From Tubiluchus corallicola (taxonomy: Eukaryota; Animalia; Priapulida), in contig JAQGDQ010000862.1 of NCBI GenBank assembly GCA_030141605.1, forward strand, positions 22,938 through 86,937: DNA of 64,000 bases, given 5' to 3'. Shown piece by piece: positions 37,709-49,124 of this stretch; positions within the stretch are counted from its first letter, which is position 1, and each line of letters begins with the position of its first letter. The notes beneath the pieces were generated by a model, which was given only the letters and a program-made list of their open reading frames with translations, had not been told where the DNA came from and ran no database searches. A program made the translations under genes and the position numbers.

Positions 37709-40700
37709 TTCTCTCTTTTCTCACCATCCTCCTGGTAGATTTTCATCTGTCAGCCGGCGAACACTTGATAACGTCTCTCCAGGTGTCTCTGTCTTCATAC
37801 GTCTTCTCCTCCTCCACATCCACCAGTCGGATTCCTCTCCTCGCAAGCGCCTCTCCAACTCCATCAAGCCATCTCTTCCGGGGCCTTCCCACTGGTCTTT
37901 TGCCTTGCGGCTTCCATTCAAGATATTTCTTTGCCAATCTCGTGTCGTCCATCCGCTTAATATGCCCATACCACCTCAACTTGCTCTCCTCAATCTCTCT
38001 CAAGAGTGGTTTCACTGAGAGGTCTGACCTTATCTGTTCACTTCTGAGTCTGTCTATCCTTGTTCCACCCCTTATAGTCCGAAGAAGTTTCATTTCCGCT
38101 GCCTGTAGTCTTGAGGATGTCTTCGTTGTAAGTGACCAACATTCAGCTCCATATGTTAGTATTGGTTTCAATATTGTGTTATATATAGTTGTCTTGACTT
38201 GCTTGGGTATGCACTTCTCTTTCAATAGGGGATACATCATCATAAAATTTCTTGTATATTTCTCAATCCTCGCACTCAACTCCGTTTCCTGAATATTTCC
38301 TTCATCTACAACCACCCCAAGGTATTTATAGGAATTTGCCTGGTGCAGCTTCCTGTCTTCCATATACACATCAAATTCCTCTCTTCTACGGCTTATGTGC
38401 ATGAACTCAGTCTTTCCCTTTGCCGTGTTTATGCTCATTCCATTATTATTCATTGTTGATAACCATGAACTGGCCACACCCTGCAGTTCTTGTATGGTGT
38501 CCAACATCACCGCCACGTCGTCTGCGTAGGCGAGGACTTGCTGGTTTGGTCGTGGGTTTGTATCTCTGATGCACTTGTCCATGAATATGATATATAGGAG
38601 CGGGGACAACCCGTCTCCTTGTCTTACACCTGCTTCGATGTTAAACCAGTCAGTCTCCACGTCTCCTTTTCTTACCTTACTCACACTATTGCTATAGATG
38701 CTCTTGATAACTCTTATCAGCTTTTTGGAACAGAATACGGCTGCTCCGACATAATCTTCCAAAGCAGCTTTCTTGGGACACGGTCAAAAGCTTTCTCCAT
38801 ATCAATGAAGAGAGCAAATTTGTCCCTTCCCCACTCCCAGCTTTTCTCCATTATCATCTTCATCACAAACACAAGATCTGATGTACTTCGTCCTGGTCGA
38901 AATCCGTACTGCCATTCTCCCAATCTAGCCTCGACATGTGTACGAAGCCTCCTCTCGATTATACTACTGTATAGCTTTCCACAGTGGGACAATAGGGAAA
39001 TGCCCCTAAAATTTTCACAAAGAGCTTTATCTCCCTTTTTAAATATCGGGCTAATGACTCCTCTCTGCCACTCTGGTGGTATAGTTTCTTGTCTGTACGC
39101 GTCCTGCATTATGGTTAGCAGGAGCTTCTGCGCCTCCTCCCCAGCTTCCTTCACAACTTCTACAGGGAGGTCATCATCTCCTGTTGCTTTACCTCTCTTC
39201 ATCCGTGTTATGGCCCTCGAGATCTCAGCTCCCGTGATGTCCTCGATGAGTTCATTCGGGTCGATCTCTAGGTCCACATCCACTTCCAATTCTTCACTTC
39301 CTCGTACGTTGAGCAAATCATCAAAGTATTCTCTCCATCTGTTAGCGATGTCATCTGGTTGCACAAGCAATTGTCCATTTTGATCTTTAATTGCGTAGGT
39401 TTGTTCTTTAGCACTACTTCTGTAATTCTTTGTCATTGAGTAAAGCAATTTCTTTGTTCCTGCATGGTCAGCCTTCAAATCCTCTCCGATGTTTTCCCAC
39501 ACTCTATTCTTTTCTTCTTTCTTTACTTTTTCAGCTCGATTCCTGGCTAGTTCGTATTCTCGTCTATCTTCGGGTCTTCTTCTCTTCATCCACTTTCTAA
39601 ACCATCCCATCTTCTCTTTAACTGCACTCTTTACTGCTTCCGTCCACCAAGGTGTAGTTTTCTTCCTTCCTTGATACGACTTTTTAGAGCCCAATGTATC
39701 TGCTGCGGCAGATGAAACGATTTCTTTATATGTTTCCCAGTCTCTATTTTCAGCTTCCACTATTTTGTTGTTTATAACTTCTCTCATAGTGTCGGCAGTT
39801 TCTGAGTCTCTCAATTTTTCTATATTAAATCTCTGTTTCCCCTTCTTTTTCGGTAGCTTTTCTGTTTTCCATGTCAGTGTTGCTATCACCATTCTGTGCG
39901 TGGAGTCCATAGACAGCGATGGCACAGCACGCACATTCTGGAATATTCGCTTGTCTGGGGTCAAAAAGAGATCTATCAACGACTTGCTGACGTACTGCTG
40001 CGCTTCGCTGTTCCAACCGTAGTACGTCCATTTATGACTATCTCGGTGTTTATAGAAGGTATTCATTATAGCCAACCCGTTTAGTAGACCATAGTCAATT
40101 ATCCTGCCTCCCTCCTCATTCCTGTCGCCAACACTAAATGCTCCGACCACTGTTTCAACGTGATCTCTCACACATCCAATGTGTCCGTTGAAGTCTCCAC
40201 AAACTATTAATTTTTCTTTGAATCTTGCTGTATCTGTGACATCTTGTAGGTCCTGGTAAAATTGATCTTTTTCCTGGGATGATCTTCCACTTTGCGGGGC
40301 ATAAACCTGAATTAAGGAAAAGGCCACTGTCTTTGTCTTGATGGAAATACCAATGATTCTCTCTGAGACACTATCAACCTTCTCCACATAGGGAGCCAGA
40401 TCCGGTGAAAGAACTACTCCAACACCGTGCCTCCCATCATCCTGTCCGCTGTAAATCAGTTTGTAGTTTTCATGCAGGATCTTTTCTCCACTACCCCTCA
40501 TCCTGGTCTCACTGAGACCAACAATTGCGAGATTCCTGTCTTTCATTATATCCACCACCTCTTCCTCTCATCGTTGAAATGTTAATTATTGCAATTTTGA
40601 ATTTAGTTGCCTTTCTACTCCTGGAATTCATGGCACCGGAGATTCTTAGCACCCCCTGCCCATTTAAGGGCTGCCGGGGACTGGGGGCCGTTGTTTCAGT

Positions 40701-40875
40701 TGTGTTCGCCATGAGTTACTTGAGCAAAAAATACTTCAGTGACTTGCTAGGTCTATCCTGAAGGATTTGGTCCACAGCTCCTTATTTGAATATTCGGAGC
40801 ACCCTGGCTCGTGAGCCAGGGGTCCCCCATCCGCCACCCGGGGGATGCGCCCGGTAGGGGTTTACTCCCCCCCGA
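37709..40875 (-). mobile_element. Full-length RTE-clade non-LTR retrotransposon
   Basis: 13-bp TSD ACTTTTAATATTT at 37696-37708 and 40876-40888. GC-rich 163-nt 5' leader, single APE+RT ORF, and a very short 3' UTR ending in GAGAAAAGAGAGAA. Base composition differs sharply from the flanks. Confidence 0.95.
37743..40712 (-). pseudogene. RTE ORF (APE endonuclease + reverse transcriptase) with two frameshifts
   Basis: APE motifs GLSETR, HGVG, QVYAP, GDFNGH, IDLFL, STHRMV. RT motifs FRGISLL, QYGFRPGRST, FIDMEKAFD, GVRQG, AYADD, YKYLG. RTE C-terminus GKRPVGRPRKRW. Frameshifts at ~40560 and ~38724. Confidence 0.93.
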
Positions 40876-40888
40876 ACTTTTAATATTT

Positions 40889-42430
40889 AAAGAACATAAT
40901 ATTGGTCCAAATGTTCACTGTTTATTAGTGTTTTCATTATCTGTTATCCATTTTCAAGAATAGGTGTTTTAGCTGTGTTCTTGCAATCCAGCAAAATCTA
41001 GTTAACATGAGAGATGAATTTTTTCAGCAGCCACCCAACCATTTAGCTGCAAGGACATGTAGTGCATAACTTTTATCACTAGCTACTCTTCATGTCACTT
41101 TTCCGCTCACTCCGTTATTTCCAATAAGTTACAGAAGATCAAAAGTAGGTCTGTCTGAATGCACTGGAAATAAAGCTTTGTTAACAAAGCAAGTGTGTGT
41201 TCCATGATGTGTGTGATGCTATTTGCCTAGTGTGTGTATATGGGGTGGAGTAGTGCATTGTGGGTGTGTTGGTGTGAGTTGAGTGCTGTGATGTTGTGGA
41301 CTTGATATGGGTGGTGTGGTGTGGTTCGTCATTGTGGTTTTTTGCGAATCATGTCCAAATTTTTGACGGTTGTTTCTGAATTCATTATATATATTGCATC
41401 AAGATCTCTCATCGCATCCTCTCATTAATGGTTTATTTATCCAATTGGTGCCCCGCCAAGGAAAGATTCAGCAAAACCGGAGTTTGTTAATTTTTCACCT
41501 TTTTCTCATAACTCTAAGTAAGTTCGGAAGGGGACTCCTCTGTTGAAAGTAAAATCGAAGCCAATAGACCTGAGCAGTCAGCCGTCTAATCATTAACAAA
41601 GTTCTGTGTTTCTTACTTCTCAGCCAAGGACACAATGTAATCACACAGGTATTTCCTTCCCCTATTATCAGTAAGTCTCACATTGGTTCCGAACTATGAT
41701 TTTGGTAAGAAAGTGCAAATGTATGAATGAATATGAAGGAATTTTTTTTCAAATATCGTTATTTAAAAATTTGTCTGTGTCTAGACTAGACTAGAGATGC
41801 AGCTTTTACTGCCTCCCCACGTCAAATTATCTTTGCTAGTGTATCAAGAAAATACAAATTTGTTTTACAATCAGGTTTTTTGGCACTAATTTTCACCCTA
41901 TGAATTTATTAAATATTTGTTAGAAATTTTCATTATGCAACCTTTGCTATTATTTCTCCCCATTTCTCCATCTACTACTGGGTCAGAGTGTACTAAGAGT
42001 AAATGAAACAGAACATTGCTGTGGATGCGCTCAAACAAATATTAAGAAGCATGGCTTTGATTTCGTGGATAAATCTGAAATAAATTCATTTGATAAGGTG
42101 CAAAAATCAAACAACAAGAAGATAATAGTAGCAGCAAAATTTAGCAAACAATAATAATTAACAAACAGCAGTAAATAACGAATACGTAAATGAGTTAAGA
42201 AAAGGTGATTCTAGGTGGATTTAGTATTACGTATTTTAAATCAAAATTAAAATGCAAGCTTTGAAAAAAGGTTTGTAATAATATAGCTGATTAGAAAATG
42301 CCACGTTTTGATAAGATTAAAAATAATTTATAATCCCAATTGTTGAATTTAAGTTTTTTCTTTTAAAGCATTTTAAAATAGTTCTATTTAAAACACATAA
42401 GTGAAATAAGCAGTTTCTGTTCCTTTACGA
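40889..42430. repeat. Modular dispersed repeat family, cluster 7
   Basis: 41025-41190 matches 19640-19800; 41825-41965 matches 3380-3515; 42200-42410 is an inverted match to 27330-27530. Confidence 0.7.
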
Positions 42431-42539
42431 TCATACTATAGTAAAGCTGCATAATGATAGCTGTATAAAAAAAACACAAATTTTAGGTGTTCAAACTCAT
42501 GGCCAAAACATGGCTTCACATGAAGTGGCAGTTCTCTAA

Positions 42540-45065
42540 TTGGCAGTTGGCAGTTGACGGCAGTAATATGTAAATTTACGAAGAATAGAGTTAAACGGGA
42601 AGTAATGACTGCAAGTCGATTGCTCGTGAAGAACAACAGACAGAATAAAATGCCCGCACCACAGTTTGTCGTGGGAGAAGATTTGACTGCCAGGAATCTA
42701 AACATTGTCAAAAAATGTATTTTGCTTGCTCAATCCAAAAAGATTACATCCACGTGGACAATCGATGGCAAGATCTTAGTAAAAGATAGACATGGTGCAA
42801 GACATCAGATCAAGGATGTTAGTGATCTCTGTAACTACGGCGAAACAAGGCATATAGATCGAGCTGAGAACAATGTAGTAGGAAGAGAGGATGTGCAAGG
42901 TATGCCTAGAAAAGTTACAGCACCTCCTAACTCTACAACGAGGCGTCAAACTAGATTATCTTCAAAAATGGCTATTTAAGTTTGATCTTCAAAGATGACT
43001 TAAGTATCCTATTCATTTAAGTGACTGGTAATAACAATAACCAGACTGGCTTGTATATATCTTTATGAGGTCAATGCTGTATAACTTTATCTTTGGAATC
43101 AGTACGTTTTTTAGAGCTTTTTCTTTCTGAAGAATTAAAAACTGAAACGAGGTTTCACTAGTATGCTTATAATTACAATAATATTGCTGGCCTACAGGCT
43201 ACATGTTGTAGTAGGCTTTTACATGCTAAAGTTGTCTCACCAACTTAATTTACTTTGCGATTACTATGAAAGAATGATATCACCAGTTTTTTTGTTTTGT
43301 ATTTTACTTTTTTCGTAAACGTCAAATTCCTAGTTCATGAGTCAAGTTAGACTGCTCTCAGAATGACAGCTGACTGGTTCATTAATTTGTTTGTGAGCCT
43401 TAATACATATAACTCAACATTATTTACCTCTTGAAATATAAATTGCAAAATGATCGCACATTATTTTTTTATAGTTTTTTGTTAACTTTTGATTGTGTTT
43501 TTCATTTTATAATATACTGTATACAGTATAATACTTCACAAAATTGCCTACAAGACTTCAAGAAAACATTTTAGTCTTAACTAAGTTTATTTAATTCGCA
43601 ATGTGATGCCTCTGGGAAGTATCAAATTTTTGTAATCATAACAATGTTAATGCTTTAGTTTTGTTTAAATATTAAGAGATATGCAGGCCTAAAAGTTACC
43701 TACTGCGAATAAATTTCGTGAAATTTTTGCTGTACCGTAATATGCATGTAGGCTTCGCCAGATCATTTACAGGTCACGTACTGCAAACGTAGTTCTTGAA
43801 ATTTTTGTTCTTGTGTACAGTAGTTAACACGTAGACTTCACCAATAATAATTATTTTTTGCCCTCTCAAAACCAGTCTAGCTAGATTAATCAAGATCCTG
43901 ATGAGAGCACTGTACAGTTACTGCACATAATGCTCCATACTATTAATTCCAGAGATAAGAAACTTGTTTTTTTAGATACTACAAATTAACATTATGTATA
44001 GTGCATAAAATATATAGCGTCCACTTGCGGCAAAGGCTGGAGTGAAGTTATAGTAAAGACTGTGTTACGTTTGAAGTTTAAATTCACCATGTTGGATTTT
44101 TATGTGCTGTACAATAGGTTTAGTCCCTTACAGTGTGTGTACTAGTAGTGTACTCTTGCAGGCTTATAATCAGTTAAACTAAGCTGTATTGTAGATACGT
44201 CTGTGTTACAAATTTTGTTTTACAATTTCCAAAATTTACAAAGTTAACATAAGTCAGAAGTTAAGACCAAATTTGTTAATTTATTTTTTCCTTTTTTGCA
44301 AGCTTATGTATATTCACTAGATTGAAAATCTAAACCTTTTATTCATTAATTTATGCTTTAATAATTTCATTTTTTTAAATGTATTCCACGGTGAGTGTTA
44401 TATTAGTGTTATAATTGCTTATATTCAAAAACAACAAATCAAAACATTAAGATTTTTTTTCTCGTTAAGCAGTAGCTACTTCAGTTTGAGTTTAGTTTTT
44501 GAGATTCTTCAAAGTTTGTTTGTTGATGATGTTGCTAACACGGATGAGTCTAATTGCTGTGGTTTATGTTACAAGTTGATTACTAATTACCGAATTATTA
44601 TCCAATGTTCTTATTGCAATTCATATTACCATCGCAGATGTGTATCTATACCAACCTATATTAATAATAATGATCCATTCATGTCCCCGGTGTGTTATGA
44701 CAATGTCTTTCCTTTCTCAAAATTAGATGACTCTGATTTACGTAAATTATTATATCATACTAAATTTGAAGATTTTAGCGATTCACCAGATATTTTAAAT
44801 AGTCAATGTTTTACCTTAAATAACTGCGATTAGCATGATCCTGACACTATCTATTACCTCACAATATTTTTCGCCTGATGAGTTTCATTTATGCATTGAT
44901 AGTAACTCATCTGATTTGACTATGATGCACATGAACGTTGTCAGTTTAAATGAAGAAAAAATTCACTTATTCACGAATTACTTTCTCCTTTAAAAAACTC
45001 TATTAAAATATTAGGTATTACTCAGACACGACTGAGCAACGTTTCTGTATCAAATTATGACCTTA
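42540..45065 (+). mobile_element. 5' part of a CR1/L2-group LINE: ORF1 C-terminus, long spacer, PHD finger and start of APE; truncated
   Basis: ORF1-type VICKF..NRVKREVM...GEDLTARN...STWTIDGKILVK (42554-42979). PHD-like CGLC...IQCSYCNSYYHRRC (44486-44833). APE start MHMNVVSLN...ILGITQTRL (~44925-45035). Confidence 0.75.
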
Positions 45066-45568
45066 ATTATGACCTAACCCTAACCATAACCCCAACCCCA
45101 ACACTAATCCAATAAAGACTACTGGATATATGCATTACATAAAAATGATTGTCAATAATTTAAATAAAGTGCAACTTCGTTATGAATCTGTTAATTTGCA
45201 AGCCGTTATATTCATAAAGGACAAGGTATTTAACAGGAATAACCTGAAAACACTTGTTTTCGGCAATTACACAAAAGTGTTTCTTGAGGATCTGACGACC
45301 TGGAATCTTGTGGAAGGTGACAAAAACGCTTCTGTTTTATATACTAACGAATCGGCGAAAATTTTTGCTTGGAGTTCTTTGTGAAAAAAATTGCAGGGCA
45401 ACTAATATGGATTAATCAACAGTTCAGCAAAAGGAGACTGCAAACACCATTTCACAGGGCTCATCACGTATATTTTCACTACAATACAGCTTACGGGGCT
45501 CGATACATTTTACTGGGGTTCGATGTTAATTTGTTACATGGAACGAAAAATGTAAGACAATCTATCTA

Positions 45569-45570
<2 letters not shown>

Positions 45571-45644
<74 letters not shown>
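45571..45644. repeat. (TA)n microsatellite
   Basis: Direct reading. Confidence 0.97.
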
Positions 45645-45648
<4 letters not shown>

Positions 45649-46065
45649 CTTACATTTACATTTACATCAAGAATTTTTACCTTTAACAATTGTGCAAGAC
45701 ATTTATTGAAAAGTGATTACGGCTATATCTTAACCATAAACTGTACCATGCAAGCAGACACATTATGGCATTATATTTGCGACATAAACGATAGTGACAT
45801 GAGTGTCAAATAAACACGCACCTTTGCTGATTTAGGCTGTAAAGTTGTACACATTAGGCACTACTAATTACTGTTACTTGGTTTAATTTGAAAGGATTTT
45901 ATTATTACCTTGCAGCATTAACTATATGTGACAGCACCATGCTAGGCGTAATTATAATAAATGCAGTGTCCATGGTGCCATCTTTTGGCAAATGAACATT
46001 CATTATAAATGGATTTTAAATTAATAAAAACTATTATTCAATTTCTTGAAAAAAATGTACAAACA

Positions 46066-49027
46066 TGTGGCGTCCGTGACGTCAGTCTGGAATATAAAAA
46101 CTACCAGCAGTATAAGAATATAAGAAGCAGAATTGCAACCATTCTAATATAGTTGAACTGTATTCTAGTATGATTTTGTGTAGGTCCCATACTTAGGCTG
46201 CATTAATAGCTTAATTTAGCTAATTGCTTATGTTAATTGAATGAGTCATTAGTTAATTACTCATTAACTGAATTTATCTACTACAAAAAAGCAAGTTGTG
46301 ACTGTACATATATGAGCATGCTCCTAGTTAGCTCTGGGAAGGGTCCCACCTCATACCTGTCCAAGATCTCCTTTACAAGAAAGTAAGTGATTGGTCACAC
46401 GCTCAACTGAACAGGCTATCTAGCCAATGAATCGTCGTGTTAAAGGACAAGGTCATCCAGTTTTACCTGATCTAGAAACTGAAACCAGATTCAACACAGT
46501 GTGTCGAACGTGCTAAGCCAGTGAAGTCGTCGAATATGGCTTCCGACGAACATTTGAATTCAACAATTGAATAACAATTGAAGTCAAGATTTAATTACTA
46601 TGGCGACAGAAAGTGATTAAAGGGCACTGACACACCAAACGGTTAGGTGTTCGAGCCGTGAGGCGAAAACACCAGTAGACTGGCTGTTACTCGTTATTTG
46701 ACGTACTGCTGTAAACGGAAATTCAGGAGATCTGGTGCAGAAACAACCAGGTGACGACCAGACGTTGTATCAATGGTAGTTCCACGAGATCCACGGGTCA
46801 GGACTCTACTGCACACCACTAGGATTAGAGAAGTAGTAATCACTTACGGTTTCGGTACACCTGACAAGCATTGTAGAAGTGGCCACGTAAAATTCTACCC
46901 CCTGCTGAGCTTTGGAAGAGTAACTGCTCAAGAAATAGAGAGATTGTCCGTAAGAATGGGGAAGACATGCTAGCTCTAGGAGTCATCCGAAGGTCAGAAT
47001 CAGAGTATGTTTCTCTGATGTTGGTAGTGCCAAAACCACCAACTGACGGCTCTCCGCAGTGGCGCCCCTGTGTCGATTATCGACAGCTTAATAAACGTAC
47101 GGTCTTTTGTCCTTATGCAATGCCAAGACCAGATGAGCTCATAGATGACTAGTCTTGCACAATGCTACTTGGATATCCACCTTAGATTTAACTGGCAAGT
47201 TACACTGACACCTGAATCTCAACCTGTGTCGGCTTTGTAAAAGACTTTGGCAAATTCGAATTTGAGTTTATGCCATTTGGATTGATGAACACTGCGGCAA
47301 CGGCACAATCCTTAATTGATCGCATTTTGCGGACTGTATGCCACTGTTCGTGAGGATATATCGACGACGTTCTCAATTAAATCGTCTGGTTGGAATAAGC
47401 ATTTGGCACATGTAAAAGCTACACTATCCAGAATACAGCAAGCTGGAGTTACAGTGAAACCAAGAAAATGCCACTTCACCCAGCAAATAGTACAATTCTT
47501 AGGATACATTGTGGGAAAGAACCGTTTACGACCTCAATCTCAGAAAATACAACAAATACGTGAGTTCTTGCGACCTCAGACTAAAACACAAGTGAGAAGG
47601 TTTCTAGGAATGGTGAGCTTTTACCGACGCTTCATTCCCCATTTCAGTACCATAGCAGCACCACTACATGCACTCACAGAAAAACATGCACCCATTCAGG
47701 TACAATGAAAAAAGTTCTGTTCTACATTCCCCCAACTTTGATGACACATTCATATTAACTACAGATGCTAGTTTTACTGGTCTCGGAGCTGTCCGTTCAC
47801 AAGATCGGAAGGATGGTCTCGGGGAAGTCCCGATCACTTACATAAGCAGGAACTTAACCGCACCGGAAACAAGATACTCAGTGGTGGAATTAGAATGCTT
47901 AAGTGTTATATTTAGCATCGAAAAACTGCGCTATTATTTAAAAGGCCGAGAATTCATTTTGCGCACTGACCAGCGAAGTCTTCTTGCTCTTGATAAGATG
48001 CGCAAGCGTAATCGCCGTCTGTGCCATTGGGCACTTAAATTAACCGAATATGCTTTCACAATTGAGCATATTTCTGCTGCACAAAACCCAGTCGCTGATG
48101 CACTTAGTCGTTTGCAGTCAGAGTGACAGTGACCACAAGGTAAACTGCTAACTTGTAAATAGCCTGGAACATTTGAAGTCATCATGTCATAACATTGTGT
48201 TTGTGTTTAATCTCGTATCTATTTGGTTGAATTATACTTGGCAAGCCCTAAAATACCGTAAATTCTACTTTGATGACATACGGTTGAATGCTCTATGTGC
48301 ATACCAACTGTATTGCACCTGTTAGTGCTCCTTCAAGGGACGATATACCATGGTATATTGGAAAGGCATGAGCCTACCAATGTTTATATGCTGAACATAT
48401 TGGCCATTAGTTCAGAATCAGATATTGAAGCTTAGTTAATCTGATAGTAACTTCAGATCATGTAAAGTCCACGTGGCGGTTGATAAGTTTAAAGGAAAAA
48501 CGTTCATTGTGGTACCACATACTCAGATATAGAGTTGATGAATGCTCTGTTGAATGTAATTCGAACTTGGAGACGTTCGGCGTTGCTTACATTTCCTACT
48601 TAACTGATGTGTCAAGGTTATAGTGATAGCTTAACTGCTTTGTGAAAGGCTTCATATAAAAAGTTGGTTTACGAATGTACTCTTAATTTTCAGTAGAATT
48701 TACAGGTCCGTATGATAGGATGTCTTAATGCAGAAATCATGTCTTCTAGGTATTGTGCTAGCCAGTTATAATTTGTTTTGATTCGTATTTGCTATACCGA
48801 TAGATCTTATATTCCATCTGTAACTTTAAAATATGTGGCATACTCTTTGATCGGGGGCTATGTGACGTCCGTGACGTCAGTCTGGAATATAAGAACTACT
48901 GAGCAGCTTTGCAACCCCCTCTAATATAGCTGAACTGTATTCTAGTACGATTTTGTGTGTCCCAGACATAAAAAAGTGTTTGTGGTGTCGTAACGAAATC
49001 GTCCTATATCACAGGTGGTACATCACA
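46066..49027 (+). mobile_element. Internally deleted Ty3/Gypsy LTR retrotransposon (Gmr1-like)
   Basis: Direct repeats start TGTG(G/A)CGTCCGTGACGTCAGTCTGGAATATAA at 46066 and 48861. A GGGGG purine tract precedes the 3' LTR, which runs TGTGA...TCACA (48861-49027). The 5' LTR similarity ends near 46190. No matching TSD. Confidence 0.85.
46900..48126 (+). pseudogene. Gypsy pol relic: reverse transcriptase + RNase H, frameshifted
   Basis: WRPCVDYRQLN, MPFGLMN, YIDDV (~47357), KCHF...FLGYIVG, VRRFLGMVSFYRRFIP, TDAS, YSVVELECL, TDQRSL, NPVADALSR then stop. Confidence 0.92.
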
Positions 49028-49124
49028 TATCACAAAACACTATTGTAATTGCTTTAAAAGTACAATAATTTTAACACAAATATCAAGTCAAGATTAATAT
49101 TTAAGTTGCAAGTAATTTTTATAT

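Noticed and set aside
37765-40084. Plus-strand ORFs of 175, 254, 61, 85 and 62 aa
   Set aside because: Antisense shadows of the RTE ORF with no independent motifs.
40820-40875. Canonical HDV-like ribozyme call
   Set aside because: P1, P2 and a CNRA-type junction can be drawn, but only 9 nt remain for P3/L3 and the usual L3 sequence is absent; kept only as an unclassified structured RNA.
30869-45686. ORFs with RERE or YIYI runs (30869-31162, 45369-45686)
   Set aside because: Translations of (CT)n and (TA)n microsatellites.
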